Positions 9,229 to 24,125 of a stretch of 64,000 nucleotides of DNA are shown piece after piece. Origin of the DNA: Balanoglossus misakiensis. Its lineage: Eukaryota > Animalia > Hemichordata. Position 1 is the first letter of the stretch. Each line of letters starts with the position of its first letter. The translations under genes and the position numbers were made by a program. The stretch covers positions 1,940,247-2,004,246 of the forward strand of contig CM082594.2 of NCBI GenBank assembly GCA_040954595.2. The letters run 5' to 3'. Under the pieces are notes generated by a model that made no database searches, was not told the origin of the DNA, and saw nothing but the letters and a program-made list of their open reading frames with translations.

Positions 9229-10172
9229 AAACACTGCTTGAATTTCTACGATTATTAAGCAAACGGAAGCTTCACTAACACATAGGCGTACACACAGAGC
9301 ACGCGGCACGATAATTGTGTGCGTGGCCAGCTGATTGACCGACCCGATCTTATAATTTATATGGGAGAGAGCGGTTTTGTCTTGTTATATCCTACAAAAA
9401 GTGACCATATTAAAGTGGAGAAATAATGACCTGATAATTTGTGTGGCCGATCGACCGTCCCTATCTAAGGCCTATATTGGTATGTTATGCAAGACACACT
9501 ATTCGAAATAACGCCTGTCCGACAGTCCGAGACTGGTTGTTTTTCCATCAGACTGATAGTAAAAAAGTTACCAGTCCGGCGGACAGGTTGAATTTAGCGT
9601 GGAGTTGACTTGTTTGCGGTATCATAGACGTACGTGACCCCATCGTGACCCTGGCTGTCCGGGATAGCACCACCAACGATATCTTTTAGACCATCCTCTG
9701 TTTATTAGGCCCCTATTGCAATTAATTACCGTCCCTATCTTATATTGGAGGGAACGGGTTTGTCTTGGCATGTTATGCAAAACACTTGAAAGATGAATTT
9801 TTTTTAAAAAAAATGACGTTTATGACATACAGATGTAACCGACCCCATAGGGTCCCAATGGTATATTAACATCATACACCAAATTGGACTTAAAAACCAA
9901 AAATTGAAAGCCGCTGGAGTTTCTGCGACTATGAACTCACGTAAGCTGGACACTACTCACTCCGAGCCCGACCTGGTAATTTGTATGTTGTCCATCGAGC
10001 GCCTATAGCTTAGAGTTATACAGGAGAGAACGGTTTATGAAGTTATGTTCAACAAAAATATATGATCATGGAATTAAAGAATTTGGAGAAAAAAAATATA
10101 ATTAAAAATGGACGTTTACGACGACAAAAAGGAAGACTGTTTAATGCAAAAGTTAAGAAACAGGAAAAATTC

Positions 10173-10292
10173 AAGCCTACGGCACGTGGTATTCCCAGGC
10201 GGTCAACCATCCAAGTACTAACCACGCCCAACGCAGCTTAACTTCGGTGATCGGACGAGAACCGGTGTATTCGACGTGGTATGGCCGTAGGC
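10173..10292 (-). rRNA. 5S rRNA: 5S rRNA gene (G87T variant)
   Basis: ggtcaaccatcc instead of ggtcacccatcc. Confidence 0.95.
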
Positions 10293-11236
10293 AAACACTG
10301 CTTGAATTTCTACGATTATTAAGCAAACGGAAGCTTCACTAACACATAGGCGTACACACAGAGCACGCGGCACGATAATTGTGTGCGTGGCCAGCTGATT
10401 GACCGACCCGATCTTATAATTTATATGGGAGAGAGCGGTTTTGTCTTGTTATATCCTACAAAAAGTGACCATATTAAAGTGGAGAAATAATGACCTGATA
10501 ATTTGTGTGGCCGATCGACCGTCCCTATCTAAGGCCTATATTGGTATGTTATGCAAGACACACTATTCGAAATAACGCCTGTCCGACAGTCCGAGACTGG
10601 TTGTTTTTCCATCAGACTGATAGTAAAAAAGTTACCAGTCCGGCGGACAGGTTGAATTTAGCGTGGAGTTGACTTATTTGCGGTATCATAGACGTACGTG
10701 ACCCCATCGTGACCCTGGCTGTCCGGGATAGCACCACCAACGATATCTTTTAGACCATCCTCTGTTTATTAGGCCCCTATTGCAATTAATTACCGTCCCT
10801 ATCTTATATTGGAGGGAACGGGTTTGTCTTGGCATGTTATGCAAAACACTTGAAAGATGAATTTTTTTTTGAAAAAATGACGTTTATGACATACAGATGT
10901 AACCGACCCCATAGGGTCCCAATGGTATATTAACATCATACACCAAATTGGACTTAAAAACCAAAAATTGAAAGCCGCTGGAGTTTCTGCGACTATGAAC
11001 TCACGTAAGCTGGACACTACTCACTCCGAGCCCGACCTGGTAATTTGTATGTTGTCCATCGAGCGCCTATAGCTTAGAGTTATACAGGAGAGAACGGTTT
11101 ATGAAGTTATGTTCAACAAAAATATATGATCATGGAATTAAAGAATTTGGAGAAAAAAAATATAATTAAAAATGGACGTTTACGACGACAAAAAGGAAGA
11201 CTGTTTAATGCAAAAGTTAAGAAACAGGAAAAATTC

Positions 11237-11356
11237 AAGCCTACGGCACGTGGTATTCCCAGGCGGTCAACCATCCAAGTACTAACCACGCCCAACGCAG
11301 CTTAACTTCGGTGATCGGACGAGAACCGGTGTATTCGACGTGGTATGGCCGTAGGC
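11237..11356 (-). rRNA. 5S rRNA: 5S rRNA gene (G87T variant)
   Basis: Same variant as the copy at 10173. Confidence 0.95.
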
Positions 11357-12300
11357 AAACACTGCTTGAATTTCTACGATTATTAAGCAAACGGAAGCTT
11401 CACTAACACATAGGCGTACACACAGAGCACGCGGCACGATAATTGTGTGCGTGGCCAGCTGATTGACCGACCCGATCTTATAATTTATATGGGAGAGAGC
11501 GGTTTTGTCTTGTTATATCCTACAAAAAGTGACCATATTAAAGTGGAGAAATAATGACCTGATAATTTGTGTGGCCGATCGACCGTCCCTATCTAAGGCC
11601 TATATTGGTATGTTATGCAAGACACACTATTCGAAATAACGCCTGTCCGACAGTCCGAGACTGGTTGTTTTTCCATCAGACTGATAGTAAAAAAGTTACC
11701 AGTCCGGCGGACAGGTTGAATTTAGCGTGGAGTTGACTTGTTTGCGGTATCATAGACGTACGTGACCCCATCGTGACCCTGGCTGTCCGGGATAGCACCA
11801 CCAACGATATCTTTTAGACCATCCTCTGTTTATTAGGCCCCTATTGCAATTAATTACCGTCCCTATCTTATATTGGAGGGAACGGGTTTGTCTTGGCATG
11901 TTATGCAAAACACTTGAAAGATGAATTTTTTTTTGAAAAAATGACGTTTATGACATACAGATGTAACCGACCCCATAGGGTCCCAATGGTATATTAACAT
12001 CATACACCAAATTGGACTTAAAAACCAAAAATTGAAAGCCGCTGGAGTTTCTGCGACTATGAACTCACGTAAGCTGGACACTACTCACTCCGAGCCCGAC
12101 CTGGTAATTTGTATGTTGTCCATCGAGCGCCTATAGCTTAGAGTTATACAGGAGAGAACGGTTTATGAAGTTATGTTCAACAAAAATATATGATCATGGA
12201 ATTAAAGAATTTGGAGAAAAAAAATATAATTAAAAATGGACGTTTACGACGACAAAAAGGAAGACTGTTTAATGCAAAAGTTAAGAAACAGGAAAAATTC

Positions 12301-12420
12301 AAGCCTACGGCACGTGGTATTCCCAGGCGGTCAACCATCCAAGTACTAACCACGCCCAACGCAGCTTAACTTCGGTGATCGGACGAGAACCGGTGTATTC
12401 GACGTGGTATGGCCGTAGGC
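12301..12420 (-). rRNA. 5S rRNA: 5S rRNA gene (G87T variant)
   Basis: Same variant as the copy at 10173. Confidence 0.95.
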
Positions 12421-13364
12421 AAACACTGCTTGAATTTCTACGATTATTAAGCAAACGGAAGCTTCACTAACACATAGGCGTACACACAGAGCACGCGGCA
12501 CGATAATTGTGTGCGTGGCCAGCTGATTGACCGACCCGATCTTATAATTTATATGGGAGAGAGCGGTTTTGTCTTGTTATATCCTACAAAAAGTGACCAT
12601 ATTAAAGTGGAGAAATAATGACCTGATAATTTGTGTGGCCGATCGACCGTCCCTATCTAAGGCCTATATTGGTATGTTATGCAAGACACACTATTCGAAA
12701 TAACGCCTGTCCGACAGTCCGAGACTGGTTGTTTTTCCATCAGACTGATAGTAAAAAAGTTACCAGTCCGGCGGACAGGTTGAATTTAGCGTGGAGTTGA
12801 CTTGTTTGCGGTATCATAGACGTACGTGACCCCATCGTGACCCTGGCTGTCCGGGATAGCACCACCAACGATATCTTTTAGACCATCCTCTGTTTATTAG
12901 GCCCCTATTGCAATTAATTACCGTCCCTATCTTATATTGGAGGGAACGGGTTTGTCTTGGCATGTTATGCAAAACACTTGAAAGATGAATTTTTTTTTAA
13001 AAAAATGACGTTTATGACATACAGATGTAACCGACCCCATAGGGTCCCAATGGTATATTAACATCATACACCAAATTGGACTTAAAAACCAAAAATTGAA
13101 AGCCGCTGGAGTTTCTGCGACTATGAACTCACGTAAGCTGGACACTACTCACTCCGAGCCCGACCTGGTAATTTGTATGTTGTCCATCGAGCGCCTATAG
13201 CTTAGAGTTATACAGGAGAGAACGGTTTATGAAGTTATGTTCAACAAAAATATATGATCATGGAATTAAAGAATTTGGAGAAAAAAAATATAATTAAAAA
13301 TGGACGTTTACGACGACAAAAAGGAAGACTGTTTAATGCAAAAGTTAAGAAACAGGAAAAATTC

Positions 13365-13484
13365 AAGCCTACGGCACGTGGTATTCCCAGGCGGTCAACC
13401 ATCCAAGTACTAACCACGCCCAACGCAGCTTAACTTCGGTGATCGGACGAGAACCGGTGTATTCGACGTGGTATGGCCGTAGGC
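13365..13484 (-). rRNA. 5S rRNA: 5S rRNA gene (G87T variant)
   Basis: Same variant as the copy at 10173. Confidence 0.95.
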
Positions 13485-14427
13485 AAACACTGCTTGAATT
13501 TCTACGATTATTAAGCAAACGGAAGCTTCACTAACACATAGGCGTACACACAGAGCACGCGGCACGATAATTGTGTGCGTGGCCAGCTGATTGACCGACC
13601 CGATCTTATAATTTATATGGGAGAGAGCGGTTTTGTCTTGTTATATCCTACAAAAAGTGACCATATTAAAGTGGAGAAATAATGACCTGATAATTTGTGT
13701 GGCCGATCGACCGTCCCTATCTAAGGCCTATATTGGTATGTTATGCAAGACACACTATTCGAAATAACGCCTGTCCGACAGTCCGAGACTGGTTGTTTTT
13801 CCATCAGACTGATAGTAAAAAAGTTACCAGTCCGGCGGACAGGTTGAATTTAGCGTGGAGTTGACTTATTTGCGGTATCATAGACGTACGTGACCCCATC
13901 GTGACCCTGGCTGTCCGGGATAGCACCACCAACGATATCTTTTAGACCATCCTCTGTTTATTAGGCCCCTATTGCAATTAATTACCGTCCCTATCTTATA
14001 TTGGAGGGAACGGGTTTGTCTTGGCATGTTATGCAAAACACTTGAAAGATGAATTTTTTTTTGAAAAAATGACGTTATGACATACAGATGTAACCGACCC
14101 CATAGGGTCCCAATGGTATATTAACATCATACACCAAATTGGACTTAAAAACCAAAAATTGAAAGCCGCTGGAGTTTCTGCGACTATGAACTCACGTAAG
14201 CTGGACACTACTCACTCCGAGCCCGACCTGGTAATTTGTATGTTGTCCATCGAGCGCCTATAGCTTAGAGTTATACAGGAGAGAACGGTTTATGAAGTTA
14301 TGTTCAACAAAAATATATGATCATGGAATTAAAGAATTTGGAGAAAAAAAATATAATTAAAAATGGACGTTTACGACGACAAAAAGGAAGACTGTTTAAT
14401 GCAAAAGTTAAGAAACAGGAAAAATTC

Positions 14428-14547
14428 AAGCCTACGGCACGTGGTATTCCCAGGCGGTCAACCATCCAAGTACTAACCACGCCCAACGCAGCTTAACTTC
14501 GGTGATCGGACGAGAACCGGTGTATTCGACGTGGTATGGCCGTAGGC
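14428..14547 (-). rRNA. 5S rRNA: 5S rRNA gene (G87T variant)
   Basis: Same variant as the copy at 10173. Confidence 0.95.
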
Positions 14548-15491
14548 AAACACTGCTTGAATTTCTACGATTATTAAGCAAACGGAAGCTTCACTAACAC
14601 ATAGGCGTACACACAGAGCACGCGGCACGATAATTGTGTGCGTGGCCAGCTGATTGACCGACCCGATCTTATAATTTATATGGGAGAGAGCGGTTTTGTC
14701 TTGTTATATCCTACAAAAAGTGACCATATTAAAGTGGAGAAATAATGACCTGATAATTTGTGTGGCCGATCGACCGTCCCTATCTAAGGCCTATATTGGT
14801 ATGTTATGCAAGACACACTATTCGAAATAACGCCTGTCCGACAGTCCGAGACTGGTTGTTTTTCCATCAGACTGATAGTAAAAAAGTTACCAGTCCGGCG
14901 GACAGGTTGAATTTAGCGTGGAGTTGACTTGTTTGCGGTATCATAGACGTACGTGACCCCATCGTGACCCTGGCTGTCCGGGATAGCACCACCAACGATA
15001 TCTTTTAGACCATCCTCTGTTTATTAGGCCCCTATTGCAATTAATTACCGTCCCTATCTTATATTGGAGGGAACGGGTTTGTCTTGGCATGTTATGCAAA
15101 ACACTTGAAAGATGAATTTTTTTTTGAAAAAATGACGTTTATGACATACAGATGTAACCGACCCCATAGGGTCCCAATGGTATATTAACATCATACACCA
15201 AATTGGACTTAAAAACCAAAAATTGAAAGCCGCTGGAGTTTCTGCGACTATGAACTCACGTAAGCTGGACACTACTCACTCCGAGCCCGACCTGGTAATT
15301 TGTATGTTGTCCATCGAGCGCCTATAGCTTAGAGTTATACAGGAGAGAACGGTTTATGAAGTTATGTTCAACAAAAATATATGATCATGGAATTAAAGAA
15401 TTTGGAGAAAAAAAATATAATTAAAAATGGACGTTTACGACGACAAAAAGGAAGACTGTTTAATGCAAAAGTTAAGAAACAGGAAAAATTC

Positions 15492-15611
15492 AAGCCTACG
15501 GCACGTGGTATTCCCAGGCGGTCACCCATCCAAGTACTAACCACGCCCAACGCAGCTTAACTTCGGTGATCGGACGAGAACCGGTGTATTCGACGTGGTA
15601 TGGCCGTAGGC
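15492..15611 (-). rRNA. 5S rRNA: 5S rRNA gene
   Basis: Consensus copy. Confidence 0.97.
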
Positions 15612-16555
15612 AAACACTGCTTGAATTTCTACGATTATTAAGCAAACGGAAGCTTCACTAACACATAGGCGTACACACAGAGCACGCGGCACGATAATTG
15701 TGTGCGTGGCCAGCTGATTGACCGACCCGATCTTATAATTTATATGGGAGAGAGCGGTTTTGTCTTGTTATATCCTACAAAAAGTGACCATATTAAAGTG
15801 GAGAAATAATGACCTGATAATTTGTGTGGCCGATCGACCGTCCCTATCTAAGGCCTATATTGGTATGTTATGCAAGACACACTATTCGAAATAACGCCTG
15901 TCCGACAGTCCGAGACTGGTTGTTTTTCCATCAGACTGATAGTAAAAAAGTTACCAGTCCGGCGGACAGGTTGAATTTAGCGTGGAGTTGACTTGTTTGC
16001 GGTATCATAGACGTACGTGACCCCATCGTGACCCTGGCTGTCCGGGATAGCACCACCAACGATATCTTTTAGACCATCCTCTGTTTATTAGGCCCCTATT
16101 GCAATTAATTACCGTCCCTATCTTATATTGGAGGGAACGGGTTTGTCTTGGCATGTTATGCAAAACACTTGAAAGATGAATTTTGTTTTAAAAAAATGAC
16201 GTTTATGACATACAGATGTAACCGACCCCATAGGGTCCCAATGGTATATTAACATCATACACCAAATTGGACTTAAAAACCAAAAATTGAAAGCCGCTGG
16301 AGTTTCTGCGACTATGAACTCACGTAAGCTGGACACTACTCACTCCGAGCCCGACCTGGTAATTTGTATGTTGTCCATCGAGCGCCTATAGCTTAGAGTT
16401 ATACAGGAGAGAACGGTTTATGAAGTTATGTTCAACAAAAATATATGATCATGGAATTAAAGAATTTGGAGAAAAAAAATATAATTAAAAATGGACGTTT
16501 ACGACGACAAAAAGGAAGACTGTTTAATGCAAAAGTTAAGAAACAGGAAAAATTC

Positions 16556-16675
16556 AAGCCTACGGCACGTGGTATTCCCAGGCGGTCACCCATCCAAGTA
16601 CTAACCACGCCCAACGCAGCTTAACTTCGGTGATCGGACGAGAACCGGTGTATTCGACGTGGTATGGCCGTAGGC
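16556..16675 (-). rRNA. 5S rRNA: 5S rRNA gene
   Basis: Consensus copy. Confidence 0.97.
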
Positions 16676-17619
16676 AAACACTGCTTGAATTTCTACGATT
16701 ATTAAGCAAACGGAAGCTTCACTAACAGATAGGCGTACACACAGAGCACGCGGCACGATAATTGTGTGCGTGGCCAGCTGATTGACCGACCCGATCTTAT
16801 AATTTATATGGGAGAGAGCGGTTTTGTCTTGTTATATCCTACAAAAAGTGACCATATTAAAGTGGAGAAATAATGACCTGATAATTTGTGTGGCCGATCG
16901 ACCGTCCCTATCTAAGGCCTATATTGGTATGTTATGCAAGACACACTATTCGAAATAACGCCTGTCCGACAGTCCGAGACTGGTTGTTTTTCCATCAGAC
17001 TGATAGTAAAAAAGTTACCAGTCCGGCGGACAGGTTGAATTTAGCGTGGAGTTGACTTGTTTGCGGTATCATAGACGTACGTGACCCCATCGTGACCCTG
17101 GCTGTCCGGGATAGCACCACCAACGATATCTTTTAGACCATCCTCTGTTTATTAGGCCCCTATTGCAATTAATTACCGTCCCTATCTTATATTGGAGGGA
17201 ACGGGTTTGTCTTGGCATGTTATGCAAAACACTTGAAATATGAATTTTGTTTTAAAAAAATGACGTTTATGACATACAGATGTAACCGACCGCATAGGGT
17301 CCCAATGGTATATTAACATCATACACCAAATTGGACTTAAAAACCAAAACTTGAAAGCCGCTGGAGTTTCTGCGACTATGAACTCACGTAAGCTGGACAC
17401 TACTCACTCCGAGCCCAACCTGGTAATTTGTATGTTGTCCATCGAGCGCCTATAGCTTAGAGTTATACAGGAGAGAACGGTTTATGAAGTTATGTTCAAC
17501 AAAAATATATGATCATGGAATTAAAGAATTTGGAGAAAAAAAATATAATTAAAAATGGACGTTTACGACGACAAAAAGGAAGACTGTTTAATGCAAAAGT
17601 TAAGAAACAGGAAAAATTC

Positions 17620-17739
17620 AAGCCTACGGCACGTGGTATTCCCAGGCGGTCACCCATCCAAGTACTAACCACGCCCAACGCAGCTTAACTTCGTTGGTCG
17701 GACGAGAACCGGTGTATTCGACGTGGTATGGCCGTAGGC
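17620..17739 (-). rRNA. 5S rRNA: 5S rRNA gene (2 substitutions)
   Basis: tcgttggtcg instead of tcggtgatcg. Confidence 0.93.
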
Positions 17740-18685
17740 AAACACTGCTTGAATTTCTACGATTATTAAGCAAACGGAAGCTTCACTAACACATAGGCGT
17801 ACACACAGAGCACGCGGCACGATAATTGTGTGCGTGGCCAGCTGATTGACCGACCCGATCTTATAATTTATATGGGAGAGAGCGGTTTTGTCTTGTTATA
17901 TCCTACAAAAAGTGACCATATTAAAGTGGAGAAATAATGACCTGATAATTTGTGTGGCCGATCGTCCGTCCCTATCTAAGGCCTATATTGGTATGTTATG
18001 CAAGACACACTATTCGAAATAACGCCTGTCCGACAGTCCGAGACTGGTTGTTTTTCCATCAGACTGATAGTAAAAAAGTTACCAGTCCGGCGGACAGGTT
18101 GAATTTAGCGTGGAGTTGACTTGTTTGCGGTATCATAGACGTACGTGACCCCATCGTGACCCTGGCTGTCCGGGATAGCACCACCAACGATATCTTTTAG
18201 ACCATCCTCTGTTTATTAGGCCCCTATTGCAATTAATTACCGTCCCTATCTTATATTGGAGGGAACGGGTTTGTCTTGGCATGTTATGCAAAACACTTGA
18301 AAGATGAATTTTGTTTTAAAAAAATGACGTTTATGACATACAGATGTAACCGACCCCATAAGGTCCCAATGATATATATTTACATCATACACCAAATTGG
18401 ACTTAAAAACCAAAAATTGAAAGCCGCTGGAGTTTCTGCGACTATGAACTCACGTAAGCTGGACACTACTCACTCCGAGCCCGACCTGGTAATTTGTATG
18501 TTGTCCATCGAGCGCCTATAGCTTAGAGTTATACAGGAGAGAACGGTTTATGAAGTTATGTTCAACAAAAATATATGATCATGGAATTAAAGAATTTGGA
18601 GAAAAAAAATATAATTAAAAATGGACGTTTACGACGACAAAAAGGAAGACTGTTTAATGCAAAAGTTAAGAAACAGGAAAAATTC

Positions 18686-18805
18686 AAGCCTACGGCACGT
18701 GGTATTCCCAGGCGGTCACCCATCCAAGTACTAACCACGCCCAACGCAGCTTAACTTCGGTGATCGGACGAGAACCGGTGTATTCGACGTGGTATGGCCG
18801 TAGGC
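18686..18805 (-). rRNA. 5S rRNA: 5S rRNA gene
   Basis: Consensus copy. Confidence 0.97.
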
Positions 18806-19749
18806 AAACACTGCTTGAATTTCTACAATTATTAAGCAAACGGAAGCTTCACTAACACATAGGCGTACACACAGAGCACGCGGCACGATAATTGTGTGCG
18901 TGGCCAGCTGATTGACCGACCCGATCTTATAATTTATATGGGAGAGAGCAGTTTTGTCTTGTTATATCCTACAAAAAGTGACCATATTAAAGTGGAGAAA
19001 TAATGACCTGATAATTTGTGTGGCCGATCGACCGTCCCTATCTAAGGCCTATATTGGTATGTTATGCAAGACACACTATTCGAAATAACGCCTGTCCGAC
19101 AGTCCGAGACTGGTTGTTTTTCCATCAGACTGATAGTAAAAAAGTTACCAGTCCGGCGGACAGGTTGAATTTAGCGTGGAGTTGACTTGTTTGCGGTATC
19201 ATAGACGTACGTGACCCCATCGTGACCCTGGCTGTCCGGGATAGCACCACCAACGATATCTTTTAGACCATCCTCTGTTTATTAGGCCCCTATTGCAATT
19301 AATTACCGTCCCTATCTTATATTGGAGGGAACGGGTTTGTCTTGGCATGTTATGCAAAACACTTGAAAGATGAATTTTGTTTTAAAAAAATGACGTTTAT
19401 GACATACAGATGTAACCGACCGCATAGGGTCCCAATGGTATATTAACATCATACACCAAATTGGACTTAAAAACCAAAAATTGAAAGCCGCTGGAGTTTC
19501 TGCGACTATGAACTCACGTAAGCTGGACACTACTCACTCCGAGCCCGACCTGGTAATTTGTATGTTGTCCATCGAGCGCCTATAGCTTAGAGTTATACAG
19601 GAGAGAACGGTTTATGAAGTTATGTTCAACAAAAATATATGATCATGGAATTAAAGAATTTGGAGAAAAAAAATATAATTAAAAATGGACGTTTACGACG
19701 ACAAAAAGGAAGACTGTTTAATGCAAAAGTTAAGAAACAGGAAAAATTC

Positions 19750-19869
19750 AAGCCTACGGCACGTGGTATTCCCAGGCGGTCACCCATCCAAGTACTAACC
19801 ACGCCCAACGCAGCTTAACTTCGGTGATCGGACGAGAACCGGTGTATTCGACGTGGTATGGCCGTAGGC
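19750..19869 (-). rRNA. 5S rRNA: 5S rRNA gene
   Basis: Consensus copy. Confidence 0.97.
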
Positions 19870-20813
19870 AAACAATGCTTGAATTTCTACAATTATTAAG
19901 CAAACGGAAGCTTCACTAACTCATAGGCGTACACACAGAGCACGCGGCACGATAATTGTGTGCGTGGCCAGCTGATTGACCGACCCGATCTTATAATTTA
20001 TATGGGAGAGAGCAGTTTTGTCTTGTTATATCCTACAAAAAGTGACCATATTAAAGTGGAGAAATAATGACCTGATAATTTGTGTGGCCGATCGACCGTC
20101 CCTATCTAAGGCCTATATTGGTATGTTATGCAAGACACACTATTCGAAATAACGCCTGTCCGACAGTCCGAGACTGGTTGTTTTTCCATCAGACTGATAG
20201 TAAAAAAGTTACCAGTCCGGCGGACAGGTTGAATTTAGCGTGGAGTTGACTTGTTTGCGGTATCATAGACGTACGTGACCCCATCGTGACCCTGGCTGTC
20301 CGGGATAGCACCACCAACGATATCTTTTAGACCATCCTCTGTTTATTAGGCCCCTATTGCAATTAATTACCGTCCCTATCTTATATTGGAGGGAACGGGT
20401 TTGTCTTGGCATGTTATGCAAAACACTTGAAAGATGAATTTTGTTTTAAAAAAATGACGTTTATGACATACAGATGTAACCGACCCCATAGGGTCCCAAT
20501 GGTATATTAACATCATACACCAAATTGGACTTAAAAACCAAACATTGAAAGCCGCTGGAGTTTCTGCGACTATGAACTCACGTAAGCTGGACACTACTCA
20601 CTCCGAGCCCGACCTGGTAATTTGTATGTTGTCCATCGAGCGCCTATAGCTTAGAGTTATACAGGAGAGAACGGTTTATGAAGTTATGTTCAACAAAAAT
20701 ATATGATCATGGAATTAAAGAATTTGGAGAAAAAAAATATAATTAAAAATGGACGTTTACGACGACAAAAAGGAAGACTGTTTAATGCAAAAGTTAAGAA
20801 ACAGGAAAAATTC

Positions 20814-20933
20814 AAGCCTACGGCACGTGGTATTCCCAGGCGGTCACCCATCAAAGTACTAACCACGCCCAACGCAGCTTAACTTCGGTGATCGGACGAG
20901 AACCGGTGTATTCGACGTGGTATGGCCGTAGGC
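20814..20933 (-). rRNA. 5S rRNA: 5S rRNA gene (G81T variant)
   Basis: catcaaagtact instead of catccaagtact. Confidence 0.94.
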
Positions 20934-21877
20934 AAATACTGCTTGAATTTCTACGATTATTAAGCAAACGGAAGCTTCACTAACACATAGGCGTACACAC
21001 AGAGCACGCGGCACGATAATTGTGTGCGTGGCCAGCTGATTGACCGACCCGATCTTATAATTTATATGGGAGAGAGCGGTTTTGTCTTGTTATATCCTAC
21101 AAAAAGTGACCATATTAAAGTGGAGAAATAATGACCTGATAATTTGTGTGGCCGATCGACCGTCCCTATCTAAGGCCTATATTGGTATGTTATGCAAGAC
21201 ACACTATTCGAAATAACGCCTGTCCGACAGTCCGAGACTGGTTGTTTTTCCATCAGACTGATAGTAAAAAAGTTACCAGTCCGGCGGACAGGTTGAATTT
21301 AGCGTGGAGTTGACTTGTTTGCGGTATCATAGACGTACGTGACCCCATCGTGACCCTGGCTGTCCGGGATAGCACCACCAACGATATCTTTTAGACCATC
21401 CTCTGTTTATTAGGCCCCTATTGCAATTAATTACCGTCCCTATCTTATATTGGAGGGAACGGGTTTGTCTTGGCATGTTATGCAAAACACTTGAAAGATG
21501 AATTTTGTTTTAAAAAAATGACGTTTATGACATACAGATGTAACCGACCCCATAGGGTCCCAATGGTATATTAACATCATACACCAAATTGGACTTAAAA
21601 ACCAAAAATTGAAAGCCGCTGGAGTTTCTGCGACTATGAACTCACGTAAGCTGGACACTACTCACTCCGAGCCCGACCTGGTAATTTGTATGTTGTCCAT
21701 CGAGCGCCTATAGCTTAGAGTTATACAGGAGAGAACGGTTTATGAAGTTATGTTCAACAAAAATATATGATCATGGAATTAAAGAATTTGGAGAAAAAAA
21801 ATATAATTAAAAATGGACGTTTACGACGACAAAAAGGAAGACTGTTTAATGCAAAAGTTAAGAAACAGGAAAAATTC

Positions 21878-21997
21878 AAGCCTACGGCACGTGGTATTCC
21901 CAGGCGGTCACCCATCCAAGTACTAACCACGCCCAACGCAGCTTAACTTCGGTGATCGGACGAGAACCGGTGTATTTGACGTGGTATGGCCGTAGGC
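21878..21997 (-). rRNA. 5S rRNA: 5S rRNA gene (1 CpG transition)
   Basis: tatttgac instead of tattcgac. Confidence 0.95.
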
Positions 21998-22941
21998 AAA
22001 TACTGCTTGAATTTCTACGATTATTAAGCAAACGGAAGCTTCACTAACACATAGGCGTACACACAGAGCACGCGGCACGATAATTGTGTGCGTGGCCAGC
22101 TGATTGACCGACCCGATCTTATAATTTATATGGGAGAGAGCGGTTTTGTCTTGTTATATCCTACAAAAAGTGACCATATTAAAGTGGAGAAATAATGACC
22201 TGATAATTTGTGTGGCCGATCGACCGTCCCTATCTAAGGCCTATATTGGTATGTTATGCAAGACACACTATTCGAAATAACGCCTGTCCGACAGTCCGAG
22301 ACTGGTTGTTTTTCCATCAGACTGATAGTAAAAAAGTTACCAGTCCGGCGGACAGGTTGAATTTAGCGTGGAGTTGACTTGTTTGCGGTATCATAGACGT
22401 ACGTGACCCCATCGTGACCCTGGCTGTCCGGGATAGCACCACCAACGATATCTTTTAGACCATCCTCTGTTTATTAGGCCCCTATTGCAATTAATTACCG
22501 TCCCTATCTTATATTGGAGGGAACGGGTTTGTCTTGGCATGTTATGCAAAACACTTGAAAGATGAATTTTGTTTTAAAAAAATGACGTTTATGACATACA
22601 GATGTAACCGACCCCATAAGGTCCCAATGGTATATTAACATCATACACTAAATTGGACTTAAAAACCAAAAATTGAAAGCCGCTGGAGTTTCTGCGACTA
22701 TGAACTCACGTAAGCTGGACACTACTCACTCCGAGCCCGACCTGGTAATTTGTATGTTGTCCATCGAGCGCCTATAGCTTAGAGTTATACAGGAGAGAAC
22801 GGTTTATGAAGTTATGTTCAACAAAAATATATGATCATGGAATTAAAGAATTTGGAGAAAAAAAATATAATTAAAAATGGACGTTTACGACGACAAAAAG
22901 GAAGACTGTTTAATGCAAAAGTTAAGAAACAGGAAAAATTC

Positions 22942-23061
22942 AAGCCTACGGCACGTGGTATTCCCAGGCGGTCACCCATCCAAGTACTAACCACGCCCAA
23001 CGCAGCTTAACTTCGGTGATCGGACGAGAACCGGTGTATTCGACGTGGTATGGCCGTAGGC
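22942..23061 (-). rRNA. 5S rRNA: 5S rRNA gene
   Basis: Consensus copy. Confidence 0.97.
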
Positions 23062-24005
23062 AAACACTGCTTGAATTTCTACGATTATTAAGCAAACGGA
23101 AGCTTCACTAACACATAGGCGTACACACAGAGCACGCGGCACGATAATTGTGTGCGTGGCCAGCTGATTGACCGACCCGATCTTATAATTTATATGGGAG
23201 AGAGCGGTTTTGTCTTGTTATATCCTACAAAAAGTGACCATATTAAAGTGGAGAAATAATGACCTGATAATTTGTGTGGCCGATCGACCGTCCCTATCTA
23301 AGGCCTATATTGGTATGTTATGCAAGACACACTATTCGAAATAACGCCTGTCCGACAGTCCGAGACTGGTTGTTTTTCCATCAGACTGATAGTAAAAAAG
23401 TTACCAGTCCGGCGGACAGGTTGAATTTAGCGTGGAGTTGACTTGTTTGCGGTATCATAGACGTACGTGACCCCATCGTGACCCTGGCTGTCCGGGATAG
23501 CACCACCAACGATATCTTTTAGACCATCCTCTGTTTATTAGGCCCCTATTGCAATTAATTACCGTCCCTATCTTATATTGGAGGGAACGGGTTTGTCTTG
23601 GCATGTTATGCAAAACACTTGAAAGATGAATTTTGTTTTAAAAAAATGACGTTTATGACATACAGATGTAACCGACCCCATAAGGTCCCAATGGTATATT
23701 AACATCATACACTAAATTGGACTTAAAAACCAAAAATTGAAAGCCGCTGGAGTTTCTGCGACTATGAACTCACGTAAGCTGGACACTACTCACTCCGAGC
23801 CCGACCTGGTAATTTGTATGTTGTCCATCGAGCGCCTATAGCTTAGAGTTATACAGGAGAGAACGGTTTATGAAGTTATGTTCAACAAAAATATATGATC
23901 ATGGAATTAAAGAATTTGGAGAAAAAAAATATAATTAAAAATGGACGTTTACGACGACAAAAAGGAAGACTGTTTAATGCAAAAGTTAAGAAACAGGAAA
24001 AATTC

Positions 24006-24125
24006 AAGCCTACGGCACGTGGTATTCCCAGGCGGTCACCCATCCAAGTACTAACCACGCCCAACGCAGCTTAACTTCGGTGATCGGACGAGAACCGGTG
24101 TATTCGACGTGGTATGGCCGTAGGC
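24006..24125 (-). rRNA. 5S rRNA: 5S rRNA gene
   Basis: Consensus copy. Confidence 0.97.
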
